Assembly (NCBI GenBank): GCA_001875425.1
Contig: MIYU01000019.1
Location: forward strand, 763-64,762
DNA from: Marine Group III euryarchaeote CG-Bathy1
GTDB lineage: Archaea; Thermoplasmatota; Poseidoniia; MGIII; CG-Epi1
Length of the DNA stretch: 64,000 nucleotides
Direction: 5' to 3'
Part shown: positions 9,932 to 19,665 of the stretch, piece after piece
How the letters are laid out: every line of letters starts with the position of its first letter
Position numbering within the stretch: the stretch's first letter is position 1
The notes under the pieces: generated by a model
What the model was told of the DNA's origin: nothing
Seen by the model: the letters and a program-made list of their open reading frames with translations, nothing else
Databases searched by the model: none
Program-made: the position numbers and the translations under genes

Positions 9932-10692
9932 TGGCTGAAATAATCTCTACAGGAATTCAACGTCTCGATCATGTTTTGATTGATGGAAAAGGTATTGCTG
10001 CAGGAAGTACGGTGTTAATCGAAGGTACATCTGGTGCAGGAAAGGAGCTCTTTGCTAAGCAGTTTGCTGCATGTGGTGTTGGGCCAGAAAGTGTAGTTTA
10101 TTTTTCAACGGATGAATCTTCAGAAGAATTGGTTGAAACATATGAGCATTATAATTGGCCTACTGATTTACGTATTGTAAATATAGGGACGCAATTTTTT
10201 GAAAAGGTACTTTCGAGAGATTTACAAGCTTCTCAATACAAACAAGAGGGTTTGGCTGTTTCAGAGTTAAGAAATGTTGCTGCATATGGAGAGGGGGTTG
10301 TTCAATCGAATTTCTTATCAGATATGGTCTATGAGATTTGTAAATTGACTGCGCCTTTCCGTGTTACAATTGATTCGTTAGATTTCTTTCTTCATTTCTA
10401 TCCAGTTAATGAAGTTCTATCGGCTATGCGAACGATAAAATCATATGTATCGAGCAATAAGGGAACTGCTCTCTTTACTATTTCAAAAGGAGCTCACGAT
10501 GTGAAGATTGTTAGTGGTTTGAGTGCTATTGCTGATGTTATTATTGAAATGGAGGCCGCCCGTATAGCTTCTGAATTTGAGAATCGCTTAATAATAAAAA
10601 AGATTAGAAATCATCCTGAGAAAGCTGTTGTGCTTATCTACGCAATAACCGAGCAAGGAATAACTCCAGAGATGATTACTAGGGTTGTTTAG
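9931..10692 (+). CDS. Second KaiC-like ATPase (variant Walker A)
   Basis: STGIQRLD, GTSGAGKE, TIDS, IADVIIE, KKIRN. Confidence 0.88.
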   Translation: MAEIISTGIQRLDHVLIDGKGIAAGSTVLIEGTSGAGKELFAKQFAACGVGPESVVYFSTDESSEELVETYEHYNWPTDLRIVNIGTQFFEKVLSRDLQASQYKQEGLAVSELRNVAAYGEGVVQSNFLSDMVYEICKLTAPFRVTIDSLDFFLHFYPVNEVLSAMRTIKSYVSSNKGTALFTISKGAHDVKIVSGLSAIADVIIEMEAARIASEFENRLIIKKIRNHPEKAVVLIYAITEQGITPEMITRVV

Positions 10693-11429
10693 AAAAATTC
10701 ACAGATTGCTAAAAGAGACATATATCCTGAGAAAAACAAGAAGGGTGTGTCCCAGGTGTGTGGTGACTTTGCCTCCGTTATTGTCATTATAGGTGGTATG
10801 AGCAATAAAGACACTATGAATTCTGTAGAATTAAAATGGATTTTGTATAGCCATATGGCTAGCAGTCCAACAATCCACACACATGCACTTCCTTCGAGTG
10901 TTCGTTGATATTCTCGATCTACAAACAAACCTTTAGTGGTGTAGGGATGTTTACCAAATTTTACACCTACCGGTTCAGCCAATCCATCCCCTACTGCATT
11001 GATTAAAATGGGAATCATGACTAGTTCTTCTAAGCCAATCTGTCCGAAGTACCAAGCAAATGGTATGATTACAAGATAGCCGACTGCGAATTGTGTTATA
11101 ATCCAAACAAGAGTGTAAGGTCTGTCTTCAGGTCTATCGAATCCTTCAAATGTTAATTGAGCGAGGGGGATGGCGTTACGTATAGGTTCCCAGAATACCA
11201 TCAAGGCAGTAGTTGCCAAAAAACCACTAACTACTAAATTATCTATATCTGTAAAAGTGGCTGTATTTAGTTGATAATCTACAAAAATAGGGACGAAAAA
11301 AAGCGCAAAATGGTTGAGTTTTCGTGTGTAGTTGACTTTTATTTTGAAATCGCGGGCGAGAAACCCTGAAAGAATTAGAATAGAGCCAATACCTATGGAT
11401 TTGAATAAGAGAGATTCGGCTTCTATCAT
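10689..11429 (-). CDS. Dolichol/phytol kinase-like membrane protein (CTP-dependent polyprenol kinase family)
   Basis: TRKLNH, GDGLAEPVGVKFGKH, RTLEGS; start reset to ATG 11429 because the longer ORF overlaps tRNA-Ala. Confidence 0.78.
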   Translation of the reverse strand: MIEAESLLFKSIGIGSILILSGFLARDFKIKVNYTRKLNHFALFFVPIFVDYQLNTATFTDIDNLVVSGFLATTALMVFWEPIRNAIPLAQLTFEGFDRPEDRPYTLVWIITQFAVGYLVIIPFAWYFGQIGLEELVMIPILINAVGDGLAEPVGVKFGKHPYTTKGLFVDREYQRTLEGSACVWIVGLLAIWLYKIHFNSTEFIVSLLLIPPIMTITEAKSPHTWDTPFLFFSGYMSLLAICEFF

Positions 11430-11440
11430 ACTTAGAGAGA

Positions 11441-11517
11441 TGGTGGACCGGGCGAGATTTGAACTCGCGCCCTCCTCCATGCCAAGGAGGCGATCTTCCA
11501 GGCTGATCTACCGGCCC
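11441..11517 (-). tRNA. tRNA-Ala(GGC)
   Basis: GGGCCGG...CCGGTCC-A-CCA; anticodon arm CCTCC-TTGGCAT-GGAGG; GTTCAAATC. Confidence 0.96.
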
Positions 11518-11553
11518 ACTATCTAGTTAGTTAGTTAGGGCGTAATATAATTG

Positions 11554-12249
11554 CTAGTGGCATGACATACCGTATTTTTTGAGTCGCCAGTAATTGTAAG
11601 GCCATGGAGTAAGGAAGCCAGCAATTAGCATTGGAATGATAACCCACCACGTGAGTTTTGCACCCCCCGTCAAAACGATATCTACAACATTCATTGCCGC
11701 CTCCATCGATATCATAGAAATTAATGACATACCAATTGCCACTCTGAAAGCCTCCTTGAATGGCATTTGTTTCAAGAGGATAAATGTCTCAAGTGCTATT
11801 GATGTCATTATTCCATTAAACATCGCAAGAAGCATGATACTCATGACGGACCATGCCCATGGATTCTCTGTAATCTGAAAGAGGAAAATAGTTCCAAAAT
11901 CACCAATTGAGCATCCTATCAAACACCATTTTGTATTATGTGCGGATTGAAGCCAAACACCCCTATCTGCCCAATTAAAATCTACTTTTTTTGGTGTGCT
12001 TGAGAGTTGAAGGAAATCTGTTCCAGGTTCATGAATGGAATAGCCAGCATTTGTTACTACGGCCTCTAATTCTTTCTTATTTGGTCCAGTTTCATCAACA
12101 TTTATTGTGGCCTGAGCAGATTCTAAATCCACAATTACATTAGAAACCCCTGACACCTGATTTAATGCATTTTTGACGTTGTTAACACATGCATTACACG
12201 TCATACCCCCAACACCTAGGATTACTTCTGTTGACATATTTGAAGACAT
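11554..12249 (-). CDS. HMA (CopZ-like) domain fused to DUF4396-like membrane domain
   Basis: GMTCNAC metal motif; CLIGCSIGD, SMISMEAAMN, AGFLTPWPYNYW. Confidence 0.85.
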   Translation of the reverse strand: MSSNMSTEVILGVGGMTCNACVNNVKNALNQVSGVSNVIVDLESAQATINVDETGPNKKELEAVVTNAGYSIHEPGTDFLQLSSTPKKVDFNWADRGVWLQSAHNTKWCLIGCSIGDFGTIFLFQITENPWAWSVMSIMLLAMFNGIMTSIALETFILLKQMPFKEAFRVAIGMSLISMISMEAAMNVVDIVLTGGAKLTWWVIIPMLIAGFLTPWPYNYWRLKKYGMSCH

Positions 12250-12292
12250 GTAAGTCGTAGAGTGTTTTAAGGATTGGTGTTCCTAGGGGAGT

Positions 12293-14002
12293 GTGTTTGA
12301 AGTAAAGTATAGAGATGGTATGGGGAGATTGGGTGAACTACAGACGCCTCATGGGGTGATCGAAACGCCCACACTCTTACCTGTTGTTAATCCGAAAAAA
12401 TTAACACTATCTGTAAATGAGTTGGAAGAATGTGGTGCCACATCTCTTATCACAAATAGTTACCTCATTTGGAAAGAAGAAGAGTTTCGAGAACGTGCTA
12501 CAAAGGAAGGAGTTCATGGATTATTAGATTGGGATAAACCGATAATGACAGATAGTGGCACATTTCAAGCATATATGTATGGTGAAGTGGAAGTCTTGCC
12601 TGAGGAAATTATCGAATTTCAAAAAAAAATAGGAACCGACATTGGAACAATGCTTGATGTTTTTACAATTCCTAAAACTAATTTTTCAGATGCTGAGAAA
12701 GAATTAGAAGAAACTGATAAAAGAATGAAAGTGGCAGCTGAAATGAAAGGAGAGATGGCTCTCAATGGAACAATTCAGGGTGGTTTGCATATGGATCTTC
12801 GAAGTCGTGCAGCCAAGATGGCTTCTGAACTCGATGTAGATGTCCACCCTATTGGTGGTGTAGTTCCTCTTATGGAGAAATATGAATTTTCTTCGTTGGT
12901 AGATATAGTAATGAATGTGAAAATGAATTTAATTGCAGCGAGACCGGTTCATCTTTTCGGTTGTGGGCACCCTATGTTATTTCCTTTGGCAGCACTCATG
13001 GGTTGTGATTTATTCGATAGTGCTAGTTATGCTAAATTTGCAGCAGATGATCGTTTGATGTTTCCATGGGGCACTAGAAAATTAGCTGATTTGTATGAAA
13101 TGCCTTCTTGTAGTTTAGCAAGTACTGGTTTGACTATTAATGAAATTAAGAAGATGGAAGATAAAGAACGAGTGCATATTTTAGCTAAACATAATCTTCT
13201 TACTTCATTTAGCGAAATACGGCGTGTGAAACAGGCTATCCGGGAAGGAAGTTTATGGGAATTAGTTGAATTACGATCTCATTGCCATCCAAATTTAATG
13301 AAAGCTATGGAAAAATTACGCGAGTATAGAGAATATTTATCTAAATACGAGCCCATGTTTAGAAAGCGAGGTTTTTCAGTTGTGAGTGAGAAATCGCCTG
13401 ATAGGCCAATTGTACATCTTATCTCTAAACGTATTCCAAAAAGTGATGAGTGTTTTGTTCATCCATTATTCGGTTCAACCCCCCGTTCCTTATCTCAAAC
13501 ACAACCGGTTGCTCAATTGCCTAATTTTGAAGGCGGCCGTACAATGGAATGGAATGAAGAACGCATTGTAGAAGTGATTGACTTTCAATTTGGAAAGGGA
13601 TTGGGGAAGAAAATCTTGGGTAGAAATATAGAATGCATATTTAGTGAGAAAACTGGAAGGTTGAGAAATATTAATCGTAATGGAAGACATATACTATCCT
13701 TAAGACCTAGAGAAGGGAGATTTACTCTTAAAAAAGAAGGAGCGATTGAATTACATAAACAAACTAAATATCCTTCAAACCGTGTTGTTGTAGAGGAAGA
13801 AACTGCAGAATTTAATAAAGAAGGGAAAAGTGTGTTTTGTCAATTTGTACTAGATGTTGATAAAGATTTGAGACCGATGGATGAGTGTTTAATTGTTACA
13901 GAAAAAGATGAATTGGTTGCTTTCGGACAGTTGCGTGTATCTCCTTGTGAAATAGAACAGAAACAGAGAGGATACGCTGTAAGAGTAAGTGAAGGTATGT
14001 GA
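12293..14002 (+). CDS. tgtA: Archaeosine tRNA-guanine(15) transglycosylase with C-terminal PUA domain
   Basis: IMTDSGTFQ, HLFGCGHP, GCDLFDSASY, GKSVFCQFV. Confidence 0.95.
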   Translation: MFEVKYRDGMGRLGELQTPHGVIETPTLLPVVNPKKLTLSVNELEECGATSLITNSYLIWKEEEFRERATKEGVHGLLDWDKPIMTDSGTFQAYMYGEVEVLPEEIIEFQKKIGTDIGTMLDVFTIPKTNFSDAEKELEETDKRMKVAAEMKGEMALNGTIQGGLHMDLRSRAAKMASELDVDVHPIGGVVPLMEKYEFSSLVDIVMNVKMNLIAARPVHLFGCGHPMLFPLAALMGCDLFDSASYAKFAADDRLMFPWGTRKLADLYEMPSCSLASTGLTINEIKKMEDKERVHILAKHNLLTSFSEIRRVKQAIREGSLWELVELRSHCHPNLMKAMEKLREYREYLSKYEPMFRKRGFSVVSEKSPDRPIVHLISKRIPKSDECFVHPLFGSTPRSLSQTQPVAQLPNFEGGRTMEWNEERIVEVIDFQFGKGLGKKILGRNIECIFSEKTGRLRNINRNGRHILSLRPREGRFTLKKEGAIELHKQTKYPSNRVVVEEETAEFNKEGKSVFCQFVLDVDKDLRPMDECLIVTEKDELVAFGQLRVSPCEIEQKQRGYAVRVSEGM

Positions 14003-14646
14003 TGTCCTGGTTAGCGCATTTTACTGAGCAAGTCATTTTCAAAAAGCATATGCCAAAATTGGATCTGCGTTGGTTACTGCTTGGAGGGATGGCTCCAGAT
14101 GCATTAGGCTTGTTGAAAATTTTAATCTATACTCGTGTTTTAGAATACGAACAACACCGAGGCATGGAATTTGGTGTAATGCATACGTTATTTTTTGGTT
14201 TTTTTATTGCTGGGATTGTGTACTTCTATTATTTACGGAAAAATAATTGGATAAGAAATGATGTGGCGATTATATGTTCTGTTTCAGTCCTAATAGGAGA
14301 AGTTAGTCACATAATTAGTGATTCGTTTGATAGTAAAGGGTGTATGTTACTTTGGCCATATTTGACAGAACAGTATGGTATTGGATTTTGGGAGTATAGA
14401 GCGCATTATGGTTTGAGTAATGATTTTATGTATTTTCATTGGGGTAACGCTTGGGCACCGATGATAGAATGTTTCTTTGCTACTTGGGCCGCTTACATCT
14501 TATACAAAAATCCAAATATTGAATGGGGAAATAAAATAATAAAGATTAAGAAAGTGTGGGCACGTAATTTTGGAATGGGATATGCTGCATTTCTATGGAT
14601 TCCTTATTTTATTTTAAATTATATTATAGAATATAATTTTGGCTAA
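13999..14646 (+). CDS. Membrane-bound metal-dependent hydrolase (YdjM-like)
   Basis: N-terminal His, APD, HR..HT, SHIISD, LLWP motifs. Confidence 0.75.
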   Translation: MMSWLAHFTEQVIFKKHMPKLDLRWLLLGGMAPDALGLLKILIYTRVLEYEQHRGMEFGVMHTLFFGFFIAGIVYFYYLRKNNWIRNDVAIICSVSVLIGEVSHIISDSFDSKGCMLLWPYLTEQYGIGFWEYRAHYGLSNDFMYFHWGNAWAPMIECFFATWAAYILYKNPNIEWGNKIIKIKKVWARNFGMGYAAFLWIPYFILNYIIEYNFG

Positions 14647-15272
14647 GGAGCTAATCTTTCAACACTCCAAATGGTCTTGTTTAAGGTATAATGAAACCTA
14701 TCATGAAGCCTTCCTCGGCGACCCTGCCAGAATTCATAAGAATCTGGAAAAAGAGAATACCCTCCCCAATAATCCGGAAGAGGGACTTCTTGGTTTTCAT
14801 ATTTTGTTGTGATAGTTGCTAGTTCGTCTTCTAATTGTTTACGATTTGTAATTTTTTGACTTTGTTTAGAGATCCAGACAGCTAGTTGACTTAATCTTGG
14901 CCTTGTATGAAAATATTTTTCTGACGTTGTTTTGGATATTCTGGAAACTGTGCCTCTAACTCTAATTTGCCTCTCTTCATTCGGCCAATAAAATAAAAGT
15001 GCGGCGTGTGGATTTTTCTCTAAGTGCTCAGCTTTTGGACTGTTGTAATTGGTGTAAAAAATAAAACCACCCTCATTAAAATCCTTCAAAAGTACTGTAC
15101 GAGAGGTGGGGTTTGAATTTGCATCAACTGTAGAAAGAACCATAGAGGTCGATTCTAAATTGTTTATTTCTTCAACTTCATTCAACCATTTACTAAATAG
15201 AGAAAGAGGGTTGTCTGGTAAATCGGAGCTGGAGAGAGTATTTTTTTCATATTCTCTTCGCTTATTTTTCAA
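14643..15272 (-). CDS. pdxH: Pyridoxamine 5'-phosphate oxidase
   Basis: RTVLLK, FYTNYNSPK, RQIRV, EFWQGRRGRLHDR. Confidence 0.96.
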   Translation of the reverse strand: MKNKRREYEKNTLSSSDLPDNPLSLFSKWLNEVEEINNLESTSMVLSTVDANSNPTSRTVLLKDFNEGGFIFYTNYNSPKAEHLEKNPHAALLFYWPNEERQIRVRGTVSRISKTTSEKYFHTRPRLSQLAVWISKQSQKITNRKQLEDELATITTKYENQEVPLPDYWGGYSLFPDSYEFWQGRRGRLHDRFHYTLNKTIWSVERLAP

Positions 15273-15279
15273 AATTGCA

Positions 15280-16377
15280 CTAAGTTCCTAAGGCTATCCG
15301 GAGCATGTCTCTTACACCTGGAGCAAGTCCGAGAGTGATTAGGAACATCATAAGCAAGGTTATCGCTTGTGGATCGTCATCGTCTTCTTTGATACTAAAT
15401 AGCATCCAAAGGGCGGCGGTAACGACTATGATTTTCAAAGGAATCATAACGAAAGCTGTGCCGAATTCCTCTATTAGGAATGTTGGTAAAACGTGTTTTT
15501 CAGCATATCCATATTCCTGTATCCCTAGCCAAGTAGCCTTTGCATCCAATAAATGGGCAAAATAGAGTATCAATGGTGTTCTTTGGCCGTATTCTTTGTA
15601 ATTATTCGGAGATGTGTATGTAATGAAGAAGATTGCCACAGTGAGGCCGATTGCTGAGAGTATTATGTCTGGAATTACACTAGGATTTTTAACTTCATAC
15701 ACATAGAAAAGCTGCAAGAGTGCCATCATTAGTAATGTTATATTTGCAACTTTGAAGAAGAGTACTGGATCTCGTAGTGGTTTATCTCCCCATTTGAAAT
15801 TAAATAAATAAAATAATACTCCAATCATGAGTGCGAAGGAAGCTAAACTTGCTAGTTCCTGATCGGACGCTTCTGTGCGTAAGAAATAGCCTACAATGAG
15901 AAGGAGGTATGTACTGTAAACCAATCTCTTATGATCTTTTGATTTTACTTTCTTAATTAATTTGCCAACCCACAGTGCCCCTATAGAATAAAGAGCGAGT
16001 GTTAGATATATCAAAGGTGAAATGAAAAAGTATTGTAATGGTTCTTCAAAATGGCCTGCATCTTCTAGAACACGAATTGCTCCGCCTGCGACAATTAGAG
16101 GGAATGTTGCGAACATGAAATCATCATCTATTTTGACCTTCCATTTCTTAAGTAAATCGCGGATAATCACAAACCCTAAATAGAATAAAAATGCATACAA
16201 AATAGTATTGTAAGTATTGTATGTAGCGGTTATTCCATCGACGGGAACACCTCTAGCATCGGCAAGAAGTGGCGCGAAGAAATTCTGATACCAAAAATCC
16301 CTTAATGGCTCCCAGAAATATGAAATTATGATTAAGGCACCAATGGCAGATGTGGTTGTTTTTGATTGAGAATCCAT
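15280..16377 (-). CDS. DUF63 family archaeal membrane protein
   Basis: YNTYNT, RVLED, ISPLIY, AHLLD, YAEKHV, LGLAPGVRD; start placed at MDSQ. Confidence 0.85.
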   Translation of the reverse strand: MDSQSKTTTSAIGALIIISYFWEPLRDFWYQNFFAPLLADARGVPVDGITATYNTYNTILYAFLFYLGFVIIRDLLKKWKVKIDDDFMFATFPLIVAGGAIRVLEDAGHFEEPLQYFFISPLIYLTLALYSIGALWVGKLIKKVKSKDHKRLVYSTYLLLIVGYFLRTEASDQELASLASFALMIGVLFYLFNFKWGDKPLRDPVLFFKVANITLLMMALLQLFYVYEVKNPSVIPDIILSAIGLTVAIFFITYTSPNNYKEYGQRTPLILYFAHLLDAKATWLGIQEYGYAEKHVLPTFLIEEFGTAFVMIPLKIIVVTAALWMLFSIKEDDDDPQAITLLMMFLITLGLAPGVRDMLRIALGT

Positions 16378-16437
16378 AATTATTCCTTTAGCTAGGCTAA
16401 TGTAAGTTGTATATAGCATCTAAATATCTTTTCCACC

Positions 16438-16725
16438 ATGCCTAAACTACCAGAAAATGAAATTATGGCCTCGTTAGCGGGGTTGAAAGAGTGGAAATAT
16501 GACACTGAAAGAGATATGCTTGTTATGGAATGTGAGTTTGAGAATTTTGTAAAGGCAATGGAATTTGTTAATCTTGTTGCTGATGTTGCTGAGCGTTTAG
16601 ATCACCATCCAGACATTACAGTTCATGGGTGGAATAAAGTCAAAATTGCAACAATGAGTCATGATTTGAACGCAATCTCTGAAAGAGATATCAATCTTGT
16701 AAACGAAATTCAGAATTTGTTTTAA
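16438..16725 (+). CDS. phhB: Pterin-4-alpha-carbinolamine dehydratase
   Basis: AERLDHHPDI, SHD..ISERD. Confidence 0.92.
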   Translation: MPKLPENEIMASLAGLKEWKYDTERDMLVMECEFENFVKAMEFVNLVADVAERLDHHPDITVHGWNKVKIATMSHDLNAISERDINLVNEIQNLF

Positions 16726-16726
16726 T

Positions 16727-17806
16727 TTATAATTTAAACTCTGCTAGTTTTTCAGGTAAGTATGTGTCTGTAACGAAATCTAAACCATATTTGGCTAATG
16801 CTTGTTGTTCTGATTTTTTACCTAACTCTAATTGTAAATCTATTTCGCTTGTCCAGAATTCATTTTGAAATCGTGGGTCTGATTTTATAGCATTCAAACT
16901 GGCGATATCTCGATCTGTTAAACTATCAGAAGGGAGATCATAATTTACAATGTCTGAAGGAGTTACGCCCAAATAATGTGTTTTTGGATTAGCGAGGAGA
17001 TGTGAAATGTGGGCCGTTTTTATTGCCCCATAAGCCATGCTACCATAGATTCTATACGACCAAGGATCTGCGTCTGTGAAAGCCAGTACGGGTAATTTTG
17101 ATGCTTTTTGCATTCTTCTTAGAAATCGTCGCGTTGAGCGGGCGGGTTGGCCCTTTGTATGTAGGATGATTGCTTTGTGGGTTTCATCAAACCCATTTTC
17201 AACAAGTCTGTCAAACATACCTCCTGTTTCTATTGCTAAAATGAACCTACTATCTTCAAAGGAGTTGAAGGTTAGTTTTTCTTCTTCAACATTGTAAGGG
17301 ATGTTGTAGCCAGTATCACCGACGTCCTCTCTGCAATTTATTCTCATTGGTTTTCCTTTTCTATTTATTTCCGTTAAAACTAAATTTCCTAGGATTTTTG
17401 CTCCATCTTCTTCTGGTCTTATTTTGAAATCTTCTCTTTGTAATTTGGTAATTATTTCTAAATCTTCAATTAAATTATTAGATTCATTTTGTGTGCCGAA
17501 TTTACCAAGTTCCCATGCTTCTGAAATGTAATACAGCTCTCTTAGTGTCGATGATTTTTTTTGGAGGGCCATCTCTTTGATAAAATCTAAGAGATATGTG
17601 GTTCTAAGAAGCATGTATGCGCCGTCTAGTTTTTTTGCGCTTCTGGTGGTTTTGGAATCGCCATAAACGTATACTTTTTTCTTCTCGTCGAAAACGATAT
17701 TGGTTTTTGTTCGAGCTGCCAGTTGCATTTCTGGTACCTCTCCTTTGGTTAGTTGTTTGTGGATTTTTCCCGCAATTCGTTCGAGCTCTACCACAGATTC
17801 GTCCAT
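16727..17806 (-). CDS. top6A: DNA topoisomerase VI subunit A
   Basis: TLRELYY catalytic Tyr, IETGG, KGQP, DADP TOPRIM, KSEQQA; start placed at MDES. Confidence 0.95.
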   Translation of the reverse strand: MDESVVELERIAGKIHKQLTKGEVPEMQLAARTKTNIVFDEKKKVYVYGDSKTTRSAKKLDGAYMLLRTTYLLDFIKEMALQKKSSTLRELYYISEAWELGKFGTQNESNNLIEDLEIITKLQREDFKIRPEEDGAKILGNLVLTEINRKGKPMRINCREDVGDTGYNIPYNVEEEKLTFNSFEDSRFILAIETGGMFDRLVENGFDETHKAIILHTKGQPARSTRRFLRRMQKASKLPVLAFTDADPWSYRIYGSMAYGAIKTAHISHLLANPKTHYLGVTPSDIVNYDLPSDSLTDRDIASLNAIKSDPRFQNEFWTSEIDLQLELGKKSEQQALAKYGLDFVTDTYLPEKLAEFKL

Positions 17807-17851
17807 AGGTGCTAGTGGATAACGGTAAAAGAATGACATCCATGGTGGATT

Positions 17852-18559
17852 ATGAGTAATATACCCCCAGACCACCCAAGATATCATTCATTGATGGCTC
17901 GTAAACGTCTTGTGGAGTTAGGAGATCTCGTAGCTAAAGAAGGATTAATTGCTCATGGAAGAGGTGAGGCTTTTGATTATCTTTTAGGAGAAGCGACCTG
18001 TCCTCCTGCGTTGGAGGCTATCAAAGCTGCTGCTCAAACAATCAGAGAAGCAAAGGCCCCTGTAATTTCTGTAAATGGGAATGTTGTAGCGTTAGCTGCG
18101 GAAGAAATAGCTGATCTTTCTAAGATGAGTGATGCTAAAGTTGAGATTAATTTATTTCATAGAACCTCTGAAAGGGTTTCTGGTTTATTTGAAATAATGA
18201 AAGGGGTTGGAATCGAAGCTTTAGGAGAGGAGGTAGACGATACGATCCCTGGTTTATCTTCTGAAAGAGCTAAGTGTTGTTCTGAGGGGATTGGTTCAGC
18301 TGACGTTGTGATTGTGCCTTTAGAAGATGGCGATCGTTGTCAAGCATTGGTGGACATGGGAAAAACTGTAATTACAATTGATTTGAATCCATTATCCAGA
18401 ACTTCTCAAACTGCTCATATCACGATTGTAGATGAATTGACTCGGTGTTTGCCTTTGTTGATTGATGCTGTTCGTGGAGGGGTGGATGTTGATGGTTTCA
18501 ATAATAAAGAAAATCTGAAAGAGGTTCTCGGTTTTATTTCGGATAGGATTAAAAATTGA
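17852..18559 (+). CDS. Phosphopantothenate synthetase (4-phosphopantoate-beta-alanine ligase)
   Basis: HPRYHSL, AHGRGEAFDYLLGE, VPLEDGDR, IDLNPLSRT. Confidence 0.94.
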   Translation: MSNIPPDHPRYHSLMARKRLVELGDLVAKEGLIAHGRGEAFDYLLGEATCPPALEAIKAAAQTIREAKAPVISVNGNVVALAAEEIADLSKMSDAKVEINLFHRTSERVSGLFEIMKGVGIEALGEEVDDTIPGLSSERAKCCSEGIGSADVVIVPLEDGDRCQALVDMGKTVITIDLNPLSRTSQTAHITIVDELTRCLPLLIDAVRGGVDVDGFNNKENLKEVLGFISDRIKN

Positions 18560-19536
18560 GTGTTTTGAATATTTTATTTGTGGGTAGTGAGGAGGTTGCC
18601 TCTTCCATTGCCAAAAAATCAGATTCGCGAGATGTTGATAATTATATTTACAAAGATTTGAAAAGTGATGGTTCGTTTTCTACTATTTCTATTCTAAGAC
18701 CTAATAATTATCCGGAGAAGCCGAAGTCGTTCTTTACTTCCCTAACAATTTCAGATTTTGGAATAATTGAAGTCAATAAAGTTGATAGTGTTTTTGGAGA
18801 AGTGGTTGTTTCGATGGCTAGTGCAGGGATTGAAAATGGTTTTATTCTAATCAATCCTATTGAAGGAGACTGGGTAGATGAAGTTCAGGTGAAGGGGTTA
18901 GTAGAACAGGCAGGACTTGTCAAATGGAAATTCATTGAAAATGATGGCGTAGTCATTAGAGAGGGATTAGTAGAAATTTTGAATAAGATTGAAAATAAAG
19001 AAGAGGAGGGTTTTGTCGTCGCAGTAGATCAAGCATTTACTGTGAAAGGGGTTGGTTTAGTTGCGATTGGTAATGTTCAACGAGGTAAGATTAGTAAACA
19101 TGATAAGGTAGTTTTTGCCGGTTCTGAAGGAAATGCAATTACTCGTTCTTTACAAGTTATGGATTTAGATGTGGAGATAGCGAACGTAGGAGACCGAGTT
19201 GGTTTAGCATTGAGAAGTAGTGGGGGATTTAGAGAAGATATATTGGGTAAGGGTTCTATTTTAGCCGATTCAGAAGAACGATTCATTATAGAGTCAGAAT
19301 CTGAGTTTGAACTAAAACGTGCAGCTTTTCAAAAGAGTGTTCTTTCAGAAGGGGATGTGATTCATTTTTGTGGTGATTTACAATTTGGAGTGGGGCGAGT
19401 TTCTAAAATTACTGAAAGAATCTTTGTTAAATGGGAAAATCCTATTGTATTAAATAAAATATCTAAAAAAGATCCATTAATAATTCAATTAGAAGCGAGT
19501 CCTAGAATAATAGGTTCTGCTAATTTTAATAAATAA
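18556..19536 (+). CDS. Archaeal EF-Tu/SelB-like protein with degenerate G domain
   Basis: VDQAFTVKGVGLVAIG, RSLQ, GDRVGLAL (EF-Tu domain II); no P-loop. Confidence 0.8.
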   Translation: MSVLNILFVGSEEVASSIAKKSDSRDVDNYIYKDLKSDGSFSTISILRPNNYPEKPKSFFTSLTISDFGIIEVNKVDSVFGEVVVSMASAGIENGFILINPIEGDWVDEVQVKGLVEQAGLVKWKFIENDGVVIREGLVEILNKIENKEEEGFVVAVDQAFTVKGVGLVAIGNVQRGKISKHDKVVFAGSEGNAITRSLQVMDLDVEIANVGDRVGLALRSSGGFREDILGKGSILADSEERFIIESESEFELKRAAFQKSVLSEGDVIHFCGDLQFGVGRVSKITERIFVKWENPIVLNKISKKDPLIIQLEASPRIIGSANFNK

Positions 19537-19559
19537 AGATAAGAGATTAGATAGAGAGA

Positions 19560-19578
19560 CCTTCATTTCCACTGGAAC
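19560..19578 (-). promoter_or_regulatory. ORB-like origin recognition box
   Basis: Minus strand reads GTTCCAGTGGAAATGAAGG, matching the euryarchaeal ORB core TTCCAGTGGAAA. Confidence 0.7.
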
Positions 19579-19642
19579 TCTTTCTATACGTTAAGCGGGA
19601 CATTTCCAATTATTTCTAAATAATCAAATTCTCAAATTATTT

Positions 19643-19665
19643 TTCCACAGGAAATAGACCTCTCT
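19643..19665 (+). promoter_or_regulatory. ORB-like box, inverted relative to the first
   Basis: TTCCACAGGAAATAGACCTCTCT; shares the CTCTCT tail with the left box. Confidence 0.6.

Noticed and set aside
11430-11480. ORF-track N-terminal extensions (also 17807-17887, 49093-49203, 61997-62062)
   Set aside because: They overlap a tRNA or neighbouring genes; downstream ATGs fit the family N-termini
11522-11540. TTAG short tandem repeat upstream of tRNA-Ala
   Set aside because: Only three copies; compatible with chance
18556-19536. True SelB / selenocysteine system
   Set aside because: No G-domain motifs, no C-terminal extension, no tRNA-Sec or sel genes
19593-19620. dif (Xer) site
   Set aside because: TTATTTCTAAA resembles one arm of Thermococcales dif, but there is no matching inverted arm across a 6-bp spacer; not fully excluded
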